A stretch of DNA of 64,000 nt from an uncultured Chitinophaga sp. (GCA_964545895.1 CAZJHS010000001.1:33167-97166); one strand, 5' to 3'; positions 1 through 10,370 are shown, numbered from the stretch's first letter. The notes: generated by a model from the letters alone, not told the origin. Numbers and translations: made by a program.

Positions 1-2535
1 ATTACTGTTGATGAATTGTATGACGCACTTGCTAAAGGAAACAGCAACACAGGTGGTGCTTATATTGAAAAAGATAACAAGGCTTATACCATTAGAGGCA
101 TTGGTTTAGCCAAAAACCTTGATGATATAGCTAACACGGTAATTGAAACGCGAAATGGTGTTCCTATTTTGGTGAAAGAAGTTGCCGATGTTGAGTTTGG
201 ACATGCATTAAGATACGGTGCATTAACCATGAATGGCGAAGGCGATGTGGTTGGTGGATCGATATTAATGATGAAAGGTGCAAATGGTAATCAGGTTATT
301 GAAGATGTAAAAAAACGCATGGCCGAAATTCAGGAAGTTTTACCTGAAGGATTAATAATTGAGCCATTTGTTGACCGTTCTAAACTAGTAAATGCCGCTA
401 TTAAAACAGTAGCCACCAATTTAATTGAAGGTGCAATTATTGTATTTGTTGTTATCCTTTTGTTGTTAGGAAACCTACGTGCCGGCTTGTTGGCAGCATC
501 TGTTATTCCACTCTCTATGTTGTTTGCATTTATTATCATGAATTACACCGGTGTGGTTGGTAATATTATGAGTTTAGGTGCAATTGATTTTGGGTTACTA
601 GTAGACCCGGCAATTATTGTGGTAGAAAGCGTAGTGTTGTTTTTAGCAGTAGCCATGAGTAAACGACTACATGAAAATCCTAATGCTAAAATGACCTACA
701 ATGACAGGCAGGATGTGGTTGTAGAATCAACCATTACCATAAAAAAATCTGTAGTTTTTGGAGGGTTAATTATTTTAATTGTATACTTCCCTATTTTAAC
801 CTTACAAGGTGTAGAAGGTAAGATGTTCAGCCCAATGGCCAAAACCGTGGGATATGCCATTATTGGTGCACTTATTTTATCATTAACCTATGTACCCATG
901 ATGAGTGCTTTGGTATTACGACCTTCAAAATCAATACATCATGATGATATCGGAGCTAAAATTGTAAACTTCTTTTTAAAAGGTATCAACCCACTTTTCG
1001 AAACTTGCTTAAAACACAAAAAAGCAGTGATTGCATTTGCTGGTGTAGTTCTTTTTGCTGGATACATTGGCTTCTCAAACATTGGTGGTGAGTTTATTCC
1101 TAAGTTACAAGAAGGTGATATTTTAATTGACATGAATTTGCCCATTGGTACTCCGCTTACCGAGTCGATATCTCAAAGTAATAACATACAAAAGTTTTTG
1201 AAGGAACAATACCCAGACGAAATAGAAAGGTTGGTTTCTAAAATTGGCACTTCCGAAATTAAAGTAGATCCATTACCACTGGAATCTCAAGAAATTTATG
1301 TGGTTTTAAGAGATAAAAAGTATTGGACTAAAACCAAGCAGCAAGAAGAACTGGCGGCTATGTTTAATGAATCCATGAAACAGTTTCCGGGTATTATTTT
1401 GTCTATTCAACAACCTATTGAGAGTCGTGTAAACGATATGATGAGTGGTGCAAGAACTGACGTTGTGGTTCAGCTTTACGGACCCAATTTGGATACATTG
1501 GTTAAGAAAGGGAACGAAATTATTCAGTTGGTAAAAACAGTACCTGGTGCAGTTGATGTGCAAGAGAATAAAGTATTTGGCTTACCACAAATTAACATTG
1601 AGTACGATAGAAAAGCCATGGCCTTGTACGGTGTAAAAGTGGAGCAAGTAAACCGTGCTATTCAAACCGCATTTGGAGGAGCAACCGCAGGCGTAATTTA
1701 CGAAAATGACAAACGATTTGATTTAACATTAAGGCTTGTTGGCGAAGAGCGTATTAAACGCGAAAACATTGATAACTTAATGATTGAAGCCGACAACGGA
1801 CAACCTGTTCCTTTAAAAGAGTTGGCTACCATACAAGAAGATGTTGGGCCATCAGAAATTGGACACGAAGGATTGCAACGCAGGGTTAACCTAGGCTTTA
1901 ACGTGCGCGAACGAGATTTGGAAAGTGTAGTTAATGATGTAATTAAATTGGTTGATACTAAAGTTGTACTGCCCGATAATTACAAAGTAACTTATGGTGG
2001 AGAGTTTGAAAACTTTAGTAGAGCCAAAGGTACATTGGCAATTGTAGTTCCTATTTCGTTGCTTATTATTTTAGGACTATTGTACTTAACATTTGGTAAT
2101 TTTAAAGACAGTTTACTTATCTATTCAGTGGTTCCTTTATCGGCAGTTGGTGGTGTATTATCACTACTTGTTCGCGACATGAACTTTAGTATTTCTGCGG
2201 GAGTTGGATTTATTGCTTTATTTGGTGTAGCCGTGTTAAATGGTATTTTATTGGTTAGTCATTTTAACCACTTGGGAACTATTGGAGTTGATGATTTAAA
2301 CCAACGTGTAAAGCAAGGATTGCAAGAACGCATCAGACCAGTTTTAATGACATCATTAGTTGCTGCATTGGGTTTTATGCCAATGGCATTATCAAGCAGT
2401 GTTGGCGCTGAGGTGCAAAAACCATTGGCTACAGTTGTAATTGGTGGTTTAATTATTTCAACCGCACTTACCCTATTTGTGTTACCGGTGCTTTACACCT
2501 TATTCACCAAAAAAGTTACTAAAACAAATAACTAA
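1..2535 (+). CDS. CzcA/CusA-family heavy-metal RND efflux pump, inner-membrane component. The 5' end is cut by the window edge: the reading frame is open from nt 1 (ITVDELYDAL...).
   Basis: Length, hydrophobic-segment pattern and motifs (e.g. GAIDFGLLVDPAIIVVESV, MTSLVAALGFMPMALSSSVGAEVQKPLATVVIGGLI) are typical of the HME-RND CzcA/CusA family. Followed at 5-nt spacing by an OMP and an MFP gene. Confidence 0.85.
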   Translation: MTVDELYDALAKGNSNTGGAYIEKDNKAYTIRGIGLAKNLDDIANTVIETRNGVPILVKEVADVEFGHALRYGALTMNGEGDVVGGSILMMKGANGNQVIEDVKKRMAEIQEVLPEGLIIEPFVDRSKLVNAAIKTVATNLIEGAIIVFVVILLLLGNLRAGLLAASVIPLSMLFAFIIMNYTGVVGNIMSLGAIDFGLLVDPAIIVVESVVLFLAVAMSKRLHENPNAKMTYNDRQDVVVESTITIKKSVVFGGLIILIVYFPILTLQGVEGKMFSPMAKTVGYAIIGALILSLTYVPMMSALVLRPSKSIHHDDIGAKIVNFFLKGINPLFETCLKHKKAVIAFAGVVLFAGYIGFSNIGGEFIPKLQEGDILIDMNLPIGTPLTESISQSNNIQKFLKEQYPDEIERLVSKIGTSEIKVDPLPLESQEIYVVLRDKKYWTKTKQQEELAAMFNESMKQFPGIILSIQQPIESRVNDMMSGARTDVVVQLYGPNLDTLVKKGNEIIQLVKTVPGAVDVQENKVFGLPQINIEYDRKAMALYGVKVEQVNRAIQTAFGGATAGVIYENDKRFDLTLRLVGEERIKRENIDNLMIEADNGQPVPLKELATIQEDVGPSEIGHEGLQRRVNLGFNVRERDLESVVNDVIKLVDTKVVLPDNYKVTYGGEFENFSRAKGTLAIVVPISLLIILGLLYLTFGNFKDSLLIYSVVPLSAVGGVLSLLVRDMNFSISAGVGFIALFGVAVLNGILLVSHFNHLGTIGVDDLNQRVKQGLQERIRPVLMTSLVAALGFMPMALSSSVGAEVQKPLATVVIGGLIISTALTLFVLPVLYTLFTKKVTKTNN

Positions 2536-2540
2536 ACAGC

Positions 2541-3737
2541 ATGAGACTTATTTTATCTATACTATTTGCATTAGTTGGTATGCATACCTATGGCCAACAA
2601 AGCCTAAAAGGTTTAAGCAGACAACAAGCATTACAACTTGCACAAGAAAAAAATCCGCAAGTAAAATTAGCTATCTTAAAAAAGGAAAAGCAACAAGTAC
2701 TTAAAGCTTCGGCATTAAGTATTTCAGCGCCTGAAGTAATATTTGAAGCGCCTACTTATGATGAGTTACGTCCGGGTATTTTACAATCGTTTGATTTCCC
2801 AACAACGTATATCAGAAAGTACCAATCGCAAAACCAACAAATTGCGATAGCAGAAACAGAAAAACAAATTACATTAAACCAATTGCGCTATCAGGTTAAC
2901 AGTACGTATAACGAAATGCAATATTTACGTGAGGTATTTGCATCATACCAACAACAAGATTCATTATTAGAAGATGTAGTAGAAGTAACCAATGTAAGAT
3001 TGGAAGTTGGACAAATTTCAAACCTCGAAAAGCTGAATGCCGAATCGCAATACCGTGAAATTAAATACCAATTAGATCAGGTAAAATCTAAATTAAGAAC
3101 AGTGCGTGTGCATATGAGTTTACTTACTGGCAACCCTAATGATACCACCATTACGGCTGGCGATGAATTTAACAAAATTACACTTGGCAATAATGTGTTA
3201 AACACCGATGAAGCCTATGCTGGCAATCCGCTTACCAAGTATTACGATCAAAATAAACGTTTGCAACATTTACAACTTAAGCAAAATCAAAGTTATTGGT
3301 TGCCTGGTTTAATTGTGGGTTATTTGGATCAAGGACCAAAAAACAACTCGCCAATGCAATACCGCATGCGTTATGGTTTTACTTTTCCGTTGTGGTTCTG
3401 GACCAACTCATCGCAGGTTAAAGCTGCACGCAAAAATGTAAACATTGCCGATCAGCAAGTGGTGATAAATCAATACGATTTAAAAGGAAATTACACGCAA
3501 GCATTATCGGAGTTAAGACAGTATACTGAGGCGCTAAACTACTTTGAGCAAACGGCTTTACCTCAAGCTCAAGAAATATCAAAAACAGCCAAAGAGGGTT
3601 ACAGATTAGGGAGCATTGGCTACTATAATTACTTGCTTAACCTACAGCAAGTAATCAAAATTAGATTAGGCTATTTAGAGGCTTTAAAAAATTATAACCA
3701 AGCTGTTTTCACCATTCAATATTTAAGAGGAGAATAA
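2541..3737 (+). CDS. TolC-family outer-membrane efflux protein (OMF) of the RND system
   Basis: 398 aa with an N-terminal signal peptide (MRLILSILFALVGMHTYGQ). Coiled-coil-rich, Q/L/N-rich repeats typical of OMF. Sits between the RND pump and the MFP genes. Confidence 0.7.
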   Translation: MRLILSILFALVGMHTYGQQSLKGLSRQQALQLAQEKNPQVKLAILKKEKQQVLKASALSISAPEVIFEAPTYDELRPGILQSFDFPTTYIRKYQSQNQQIAIAETEKQITLNQLRYQVNSTYNEMQYLREVFASYQQQDSLLEDVVEVTNVRLEVGQISNLEKLNAESQYREIKYQLDQVKSKLRTVRVHMSLLTGNPNDTTITAGDEFNKITLGNNVLNTDEAYAGNPLTKYYDQNKRLQHLQLKQNQSYWLPGLIVGYLDQGPKNNSPMQYRMRYGFTFPLWFWTNSSQVKAARKNVNIADQQVVINQYDLKGNYTQALSELRQYTEALNYFEQTALPQAQEISKTAKEGYRLGSIGYYNYLLNLQQVIKIRLGYLEALKNYNQAVFTIQYLRGE

Positions 3738-3742
3738 TTAAC

Positions 3743-4909
3743 ATGAGAAAAATATATTTAGCAATAGGTTTAATTACCCTATTAGCAGCATGTGGCGATA
3801 GCAAGAAAACAACAGAAAGTGCTACCAATACTTATAAAAAAGACATCGACTCGATAACCCTTACACAACAACAACTAAAAGGTGTTAACGTAAAATTTAC
3901 ACAGTTTACTCCGCGTATTATTAAACCTATTATACATGCCAATGGCATGATAAAACTAATGCCCGAAAGTAAGGCAGAAGTTAGCTCGCACATTAGTGGT
4001 AAAGTTGAGCGCATTTTTGTGCGCGAGGGTATGTACATACAAAAAAATCAAGTACTGTTTAGCATCAGTAGTTTTGATGTATTGGAGTTGCAAAACGAAT
4101 ATGTATCGGCTAAAAACGAAACCGAGTTTCAGTTGGTAGAATTTGAAAGACAAGCTGCGCTTAAAAAACGTAACATGGGTGTTTTGGCCGATTATCAAGC
4201 CACTAAATCTAAATACCAATCGGCAATAATTAAGGAAAAAACTTTAAAACAAAAGTTAGAAATTATTGGTATCGACACCAAACTTTTCAATGATTTAAGC
4301 AATCCAAATATTCAAAAAACGTTGAACATAAAGGCGCCTTTTAGTGGTTATATCAATAAACTAAATGTTCATGCTGGATCGTTGGTGCAAACAGAAACTA
4401 TTTTGGCTGAAATTATTGACCCAACCCAATTGCAAGCCGAAGTTTATGTGTACGAAAAAGATGCAGAATTTTTGCAAGAAGGTTTACCAGTAACATTAAA
4501 TTTTGTTCAAAAAAGCATATCGCCCATAACAGGTAAGGTATTGTTTGTATCAAGAGCCTTAGATCCGGAAAACAAAACCATAACCTTGCACGTACAATTT
4601 AGTTTGCCTAAAAACGAAGATATACATGCCGACATGAACCTTAAAGCAGTTATCACGGGTTTATCAAACAACAAACCTTCTATGGCCATTCCATCAACTA
4701 CCATTTATGATGATGGTGATAACAAATACATTTTTGTTGCTATGAATCCTGAGGCTAACCAAGTAACTATGAAAAAATTTAGGGTTGAAATTTTGAATGA
4801 AGACGAAGGTTACACCGTAATCAAATCAATACAAAAACTACCCGAGAATTGCTGGGTTGCCGATAACAATGTATTGGCCGTGGAAGCAGAGCGAAAAAAA
4901 TACGAATAG
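3743..4909 (+). CDS. Efflux RND periplasmic adaptor (membrane fusion protein, HlyD/CzcB family), lipoprotein
   Basis: Lipobox LLAACG at the N-terminus. Biotinyl/lipoyl-like and beta-barrel MFP architecture. Immediately follows the OMF gene. Confidence 0.75.
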   Translation: MRKIYLAIGLITLLAACGDSKKTTESATNTYKKDIDSITLTQQQLKGVNVKFTQFTPRIIKPIIHANGMIKLMPESKAEVSSHISGKVERIFVREGMYIQKNQVLFSISSFDVLELQNEYVSAKNETEFQLVEFERQAALKKRNMGVLADYQATKSKYQSAIIKEKTLKQKLEIIGIDTKLFNDLSNPNIQKTLNIKAPFSGYINKLNVHAGSLVQTETILAEIIDPTQLQAEVYVYEKDAEFLQEGLPVTLNFVQKSISPITGKVLFVSRALDPENKTITLHVQFSLPKNEDIHADMNLKAVITGLSNNKPSMAIPSTTIYDDGDNKYIFVAMNPEANQVTMKKFRVEILNEDEGYTVIKSIQKLPENCWVADNNVLAVEAERKKYE

Positions 4910-5283
4910 CTATTTAGCCTCTGCATACTAAACATTATTAGCGGTGTTATAAAAAACATCGCCAATTAAACCAATTCGTCAATTAAATTTAAATGGATGC
5001 TATTATAGTAAGCAAGGCGCCATTTTTTTCTGTTTACAAAATTTAGCTTCGCAAAGATTTTAACATGCAATACCGTAAGCACACATTTAAACTTAAACCC
5101 AAAAGCACAAATATTACATCTGGTGTTATGGCTTTTGTGTGCTTAAGCAACTCAAAGTTTTTGGGCCTAAATTTTTATCCGGCCAATAAAGACTTTCATT
5201 CATAACCCGAAACAACAAACAAGCAATCTATTAACCGTTGTTTCGGGATATCATTACAACAACCTTTTTAACAAAAAATAATT

Positions 5284-6846
5284 ATGAATTGGCTTTTAAG
5301 TGCTAAAACCATTATTGGTATGGTTTTACTTTTCTGTTATACCATTGCTGCTGATATGCTGGAGAAGCATTTATACAGCGGTATTGTTTTTAGTTTAGTA
5401 CTTGTACTTTTTACAGTGCTTTACTTGTACAATGTTTTACAAGCAAAACATTCCATTTTGCGTAATTACCCTATTGTGGGTTATCTGCGTTATTTCTTCG
5501 AAAGTTTTAGACCAGAGCTGCGTCAATACTTTTTTGAAAGTGATTTAGATGGCAAACCATTTAATAGAAGACAACGCTCTATTGTTTATCAACGTGCAAA
5601 AAATGTGCGTCAAACTGTTCCTTTTGGTATGCAGGTAAACAGTTTAGATGAGGGTTATGAGTGGCTTGCTCATACCATGTTTCCGGTTCACATTAATAGC
5701 AGCGATTTACGTGTAACTGTTGGTGGCAAAAATTGTACACAACCATACTCGGCAAGTATTTTAAATATATCTGCTATGAGTTATGGCTCGCTGAGTAAAA
5801 CTGCCATACAATCACTTAACGAAGGTGCTAAGTTAGGTAAGTTTGCACACAACACAGGTGAGGGCGGAATCAGCTCTTACCACTTAGCAGGTGGTGGCGA
5901 TTTAATTTGGCAAATTGGCACAGGATATTTTGGTTGCCGCAACCAAGATGGAACTTTTAGTGGTGCATTGTTTAAAGAACAAGTTGCGCATCCTCACATT
6001 AAAATGGTTGAAATAAAACTATCGCAAGGTGCCAAACCTGGCCATGGTGGTATTTTACCTGCAGCCAAAAACACCCCCGAAATTGCGGCTATTCGTAAGG
6101 TACAACCCCATACCACAGTTGCTTCGCCTCCGGGCCATAGCGCATTTAGCAACATGTTTGGACTTACCTTATTTATTAAACAATTACGCGAGTTAAGCCA
6201 AGCAAAACCTATTGGTATAAAACTTTGTGTGGGAAACAAAGCCGAGTTTATTGAAATGGCTGAAACCATGAAAGCCGAACAAATATTCCCCGACTTTATT
6301 ACCATTGATGGGGCCGAAGGCGGAACAGGTGCTGCACCTTTAGAGTTCTCGGATAGTTTGGGTATGCCCTTGTATGATGCGCTTTCGTTTGTACATGATA
6401 CTTTACAAAAATTGGGTATACGCAATGAGGTGAAAATATTTGCTGCCGGAAAAATTATTACCGGAGTAGATATTATTAAGGCTTTGGCATTGGGAGCAAA
6501 CGCATGTTACAGTGCACGTGGTATGATGTTTTCTTTAGGTTGCATACAAGCGTTAAAATGCGATTCGGGTAAATGCCCAGTAGGTATTGCCACACAAGAA
6601 AAACAATTGTATCAGGGAGTTGATATTACCGATAAGCGTGTGCGTGTAAAAAACTTCCACAACAACACTTTAAAATCTACCGTTGAAGTAATGGAAGCCT
6701 GCGGTTTTGCTAATGTTAGCGATATCAAACCAGAAAAAATATTTAGAAGAATTGGCGATGGACATGTTGCTACATTTAAAGAAATTTATTTTGATAAAAA
6801 TGGGCCTTTACAAACCAAATTTAAACACGTATCAACCCTTAACTAA
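5284..6846 (+). CDS. FMN-binding glutamate-synthase-family protein (GltB domain-2-like) with an N-terminal membrane anchor
   Basis: Two N-terminal TM helices, then the motif ITIDGAEGGTGAAPLEF...GIATQE characteristic of the glutamate synthase central (FMN/Fe-S) domain family. Confidence 0.75.
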   Translation: MNWLLSAKTIIGMVLLFCYTIAADMLEKHLYSGIVFSLVLVLFTVLYLYNVLQAKHSILRNYPIVGYLRYFFESFRPELRQYFFESDLDGKPFNRRQRSIVYQRAKNVRQTVPFGMQVNSLDEGYEWLAHTMFPVHINSSDLRVTVGGKNCTQPYSASILNISAMSYGSLSKTAIQSLNEGAKLGKFAHNTGEGGISSYHLAGGGDLIWQIGTGYFGCRNQDGTFSGALFKEQVAHPHIKMVEIKLSQGAKPGHGGILPAAKNTPEIAAIRKVQPHTTVASPPGHSAFSNMFGLTLFIKQLRELSQAKPIGIKLCVGNKAEFIEMAETMKAEQIFPDFITIDGAEGGTGAAPLEFSDSLGMPLYDALSFVHDTLQKLGIRNEVKIFAAGKIITGVDIIKALALGANACYSARGMMFSLGCIQALKCDSGKCPVGIATQEKQLYQGVDITDKRVRVKNFHNNTLKSTVEVMEACGFANVSDIKPEKIFRRIGDGHVATFKEIYFDKNGPLQTKFKHVSTLN

Positions 6847-6854
6847 TATTTAAG

Positions 6855-7256
6855 ATGATGACTTTAAACGAGAAAGATTACAACCGCTTAATAGCGGCTA
6901 TTAAACAACTTCGCCTGAGTGCATTTGGCAATGCCAACATTAAAAATTTGGCTGAAAGTTTAAAAGAGGCAAAAGTTATTCCTTCGGCTAAAACACCTGA
7001 AGATTTAATTACCATGAACTCGAAAGTTTTGTTGAAACGCATGGATAACAACCAAGTTGTTGAAGTATCTGTGGTTTACCATGATGATGCCGACATAAAA
7101 TCAAAAAAGGTTTCTGTTTTTGCACCTATGGGCATGGCCATACTAGGCAAACGCGAGCAACAAATAATAAATTGCCACTTACCCAACGGATATATTTCTT
7201 ACATGGTAAGTAAATTAATTTATCAACCCGAAGCTGCTGGTGATTTGAACTTGTAA
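6855..7256 (+). CDS. GreA/GreB-family protein (Rnk-like regulator of nucleoside diphosphate kinase)
   Basis: 133 aa with a C-terminal GreA/B FKBP-like domain motif (KVSVFAPMGMAILGKREQQ). Confidence 0.6.
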   Translation: MMTLNEKDYNRLIAAIKQLRLSAFGNANIKNLAESLKEAKVIPSAKTPEDLITMNSKVLLKRMDNNQVVEVSVVYHDDADIKSKKVSVFAPMGMAILGKREQQIINCHLPNGYISYMVSKLIYQPEAAGDLNL

Positions 7257-7276
7257 ACGTAAAGTGGATTTGTAAT

Positions 7277-7320
7277 AAAACAGGCAGCTTCTATAGTAAT
7301 AGAAGCAGCCTGTTTTATTT
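7277..7320. terminator. Bidirectional Rho-independent terminator between convergent genes
   Basis: aaaacaggcagcttctatagtaatagaagcagcctgtttt forms a 14-bp stem with one mismatch and is flanked by A/T runs. Confidence 0.6.
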
Positions 7321-7328
7321 AGCTATTT

Positions 7329-8126
7329 TTACCAAACACGTAGTTTAAAATGTTCTTCAACCTGTGCTGTTCTGAAATATACTAAGCCAATGTAAAATAA
7401 ATCAACCGTTACATTTACTTGCGGATGTGCTTTAATTTCTTGCCAAGCTCTGGTCATACCTTCACTCCAATAAATATCATCAAAAACAATAACTGATTGC
7501 TCGGTTACTTTGGGTAATAGCTGATTAAAATAATCCATCGTTGCTTCGTAGGTATGATTGCCATCTATAAAAGCAAAATCAACCAAAGGCATTTGCTGCA
7601 ATAACTTTGGCAATACGTTATTAAAGTTGCCTACGTGTAATTGCACTTTATTACTTATTGCGGCTTGCTCAATATGTTGTTGGGCAATGGTTGCAATTTC
7701 GGGAGCACCTTCTATGCTGTAAAGTACACCATCATTTGGTAATGCCTTTGCTAAGTACATGGTTGTAAAACCCAATGAAGTACCAAGCTCCAAACAATTT
7801 TTGTACGAATACTTTTTTATAATTTGATGCAAGATGTAAGCCAATCGAGTAGGCTTTGCATGGGTTTTGGCAAAGTAGCTTACGGGTTTTGTGCGTTGCT
7901 TTTGTTTTGCTCCTAAAGCCCCAAAATCTAGTTGGGTTATTGGGGTATTGTTGCGTAAGGCAGCTTGCTTTATATTTTCAATTGGAGCAAGCTCGGCATT
8001 GTATTTTTTACGAGCTATGCATGAGTTGTATAACTCGAATACAAAAGGAGAGTGCAACACATCAATACGTGTTGCACTCCAATAATGTTTTATAAAATGT
8101 GAAACAAAATGCCAATTAATCATCAA
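7329..8126 (-). CDS. Class I SAM-dependent O-methyltransferase (family 3 OMT-like)
   Basis: 265 aa with MTase fold motifs (LELGTSLGFTTMYLA; VIVFDDIYWSE). Confidence 0.65.
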   Translation of the reverse strand: MMINWHFVSHFIKHYWSATRIDVLHSPFVFELYNSCIARKKYNAELAPIENIKQAALRNNTPITQLDFGALGAKQKQRTKPVSYFAKTHAKPTRLAYILHQIIKKYSYKNCLELGTSLGFTTMYLAKALPNDGVLYSIEGAPEIATIAQQHIEQAAISNKVQLHVGNFNNVLPKLLQQMPLVDFAFIDGNHTYEATMDYFNQLLPKVTEQSVIVFDDIYWSEGMTRAWQEIKAHPQVNVTVDLFYIGLVYFRTAQVEEHFKLRVW

Positions 8127-10073
8127 CTATTGTTCGTTGTTTTTTGGCGCTTGTTTTAAGAAGTCACGAATCGTTTTCAACTTTTCTTCCATTTGTTGAA
8201 TTTGACGTTGCGCACCTTTTATCTTGTCGGTAATTTGAACCACCATTGGATTATCGCTGCTGGCTTTCGCAAAGAAACCTAAGTTGTTTTCCCAAGTATC
8301 AATATCATTACGCAAACCACGAATTTTATCTAATACAAATTTCTCTTCGCGTTTAATTTTTTGCGCACCATTAGGGCCGTTTACTAAAGCTTCTAAGTGT
8401 CCTTTTTCTTTCATATCACGCAACTCTTGATTTGCCTGACGGAATTTATTAAACACTTTATCGTTTAAGTCTTGGTATTGCTTATTGATTTTTTCTTTCT
8501 CGCCCATTGGAACAAAACCTGTATTGTTCCATGCATCTTGCACGGCCTTTAAATCGGCTAAAATATTTGCACCTTCTTCGCGAGCAAGCAACTCTTCAAG
8601 TTTAGCTACCAATTGTTTTTTGGTTTCTAAGTTTTGCTTTTGCTCATCAATTTGTGAAGAGTAATGAACAGCCTTTTTCTCAAAAAACGAATCGCAAGCT
8701 GTACGGAAACGTTTCCAAATAGCATCAGAAATTTTCTCGGCCACCGGACCAACTTTTTTCCACTCATCTTGCAAACGCTTTAACTCGGCAGTTTGCTTAT
8801 TCCAATCAATAGGCATTGTAGCAATGGCTTCAGCCTTTTCGCACAAATCAGTTTTTAACTTAAGGTTAGCATCACGCTCTGATTGAAGCGCTTTAAAAAA
8901 CACATTTTTATTGGTAAAAAACTGGTTGCGGGCACTTCTAAACTCATTCCAAATTTCATCGCTAACCTTTAAAGGTACTTGGCCAATTTTACGCCAATCT
9001 TCCATTAACTGATTAACCACGGTGGTATTTTCCATCCACTCTTTTATACGTGTGCTATTAAAGTTAGCAAACTGTAAGGCTTTAGCCAATAGTTCTTTTT
9101 TAGCGGCTAAATTATCTTCGCGTTTAGCTTCTCTGTCGGCCTGTAAGGCCTTAATCATTTCAAATATTTTATCGCACTCTGCTTTAAATCTGCTCCAAAT
9201 ATCTTCGTTACTCTCTTGCGGAACAGGACCAATAGTGCGCCACTCTTCTTGGAATTTTTTCAACATAATAAGTGCTTTATTAATGTTGGTTTCCAAAGCA
9301 AGTTCTGTAACACGTTTGGTTAAATCTATTTTCTGATCTAAGTTTTTTCTACGGTCAAGTTCCTTCAATTCGTTATTAATTGACAAACGATCGTAGTATT
9401 TATCAAGCAATACGCGGTAGCTTTCCCACAAACGTTCTACGTGTTCCTTCGGAACAGTTTTAATTTGTTTCCACTCGCTTTGCAAATCCTTTAAGCGTTT
9501 AAAGCTTTCGGGCGTTTCTTCTTCATCTAACAACAGTTGAATTTCCTTCAACAAGTTTTCTTTTTTAGCCAAGTTGCCTTTGCGTTCGGCTTCTTGCTTG
9601 GCCACTACAGCAGCACGTTTATCTTTAAGCTCTTTGTAAGCATGATAAAAAGCTTCGCGTGTGCCATCTGTTTTGTAGCTAAAATCATCCTTGTTTCCTC
9701 CAGCCTCAATAAACTCGTGAAGTGCATGTGCACGTTCATCGGCTAGCAGTTGTTCAAAAATGGGTTTAATTACTTTAAAAATTTGAGATGCCTCGTTTAA
9801 GTCTTTCTCTTTTACAATGGTTTCTGCCAATGCCACTAACTCACTCTTGTTAAGTTGGGCATAATTTTGCTCTTCGGCTTGCAATGCCGCAGCCGCTTCT
9901 AGTTCGTTATCGCCATGTGTAACATCTGCTGTGTCTACGTTTTCAGCAGCCAATGCATTCATTTCCGCCTCAGTTGGCTGTACTGCAGGCGTGGTCGGGG
10001 TAGTTTCAACCAAGTTGGTTGTTTCGTTTGTGTTTAGTTCTTCTGTCATGTCCTTAGTTTTAAGGGAAGCCAA
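8127..10073 (-). CDS. DUF349 domain-containing protein
   Basis: About six repeats of the DUF349 signature (EWKxIGPVP...IWxRFR), for example EWRTIGPVPQESNEDIWSRFKAECD and EWKKVGPVAEKISDAIWKRFRTACD. Abuts the MTase gene with a 0-nt gap. Confidence 0.8.
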   Translation of the reverse strand: MASLKTKDMTEELNTNETTNLVETTPTTPAVQPTEAEMNALAAENVDTADVTHGDNELEAAAALQAEEQNYAQLNKSELVALAETIVKEKDLNEASQIFKVIKPIFEQLLADERAHALHEFIEAGGNKDDFSYKTDGTREAFYHAYKELKDKRAAVVAKQEAERKGNLAKKENLLKEIQLLLDEEETPESFKRLKDLQSEWKQIKTVPKEHVERLWESYRVLLDKYYDRLSINNELKELDRRKNLDQKIDLTKRVTELALETNINKALIMLKKFQEEWRTIGPVPQESNEDIWSRFKAECDKIFEMIKALQADREAKREDNLAAKKELLAKALQFANFNSTRIKEWMENTTVVNQLMEDWRKIGQVPLKVSDEIWNEFRSARNQFFTNKNVFFKALQSERDANLKLKTDLCEKAEAIATMPIDWNKQTAELKRLQDEWKKVGPVAEKISDAIWKRFRTACDSFFEKKAVHYSSQIDEQKQNLETKKQLVAKLEELLAREEGANILADLKAVQDAWNNTGFVPMGEKEKINKQYQDLNDKVFNKFRQANQELRDMKEKGHLEALVNGPNGAQKIKREEKFVLDKIRGLRNDIDTWENNLGFFAKASSDNPMVVQITDKIKGAQRQIQQMEEKLKTIRDFLKQAPKNNEQ

Positions 10074-10189
10074 AGGTAAAATTTTTTGTTAAAAAAGCGC
10101 TGTATTTTACATCAATAGCAGCACATAATAAAGCCTTGTTTACCAAGTATTTCAGAATATATGTTGTAATTTTTGATGACGTATTAAAT

Positions 10190-10221
10190 GCAAAAAGGCT
10201 CCGAATTAAATTCGGAGCCTT
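10190..10221 (-). terminator. Rho-independent terminator 3' of tRNA-Leu (minus strand)
   Basis: aaggctccgaattaaattcggagcctt hairpin, followed on the minus strand by TTTTTG. Confidence 0.6.
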
Positions 10222-10228
10222 TAAAAAG

Positions 10229-10308
10229 TACCCAGAGCCGGAATCGAACCGGCATGATTTCTCGCTAGTGTTTGAGACTAGTGCGTCTACCAGTTCCGCC
10301 ATCTGGGC
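10229..10308 (-). tRNA. tRNA-Leu (anticodon CAA), class II with a long variable arm
   Basis: The reverse complement reads GCCCAGATGGCGGAACTGGTAGACGC-A-CTAGT-CTCAAAC-ACTAG-CGAGAAATCATG-CCGGTTCGATTCCGG-CTCTGGGTA. It has a 7-bp acceptor stem, a GTTCGATTC T-loop and a CAA anticodon in the 7-nt loop. The 80-aa ORF in the track at 10060..10302 is spurious. Confidence 0.85.
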
Positions 10309-10341
10309 ATTTTAGTAACAGTCTGTTACTATAGCGGGGTG

Positions 10342-10370
10342 CAAATATAATCAAACTTTGTTTTGTGCAA
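10342..10370 (-). promoter_or_regulatory. Bacteroidetes-type promoter (TTG-N18-TAtaTTTG) for tRNA-Leu
   Basis: The minus strand reads TTGcacaaaacaaagtttgatTATATTTG, ending ~34 nt upstream of the tRNA 5' end. This matches the Bacteroidetes sigma-A consensus of -33 TTG and -7 TAnnTTTG. Confidence 0.5.

Noticed and set aside
10060-10302. 80-aa minus-strand ORF in the six-frame track
   Set aside because: It is the translation of the tRNA-Leu(CAA) gene and its terminator. The RNA interpretation is far better supported.
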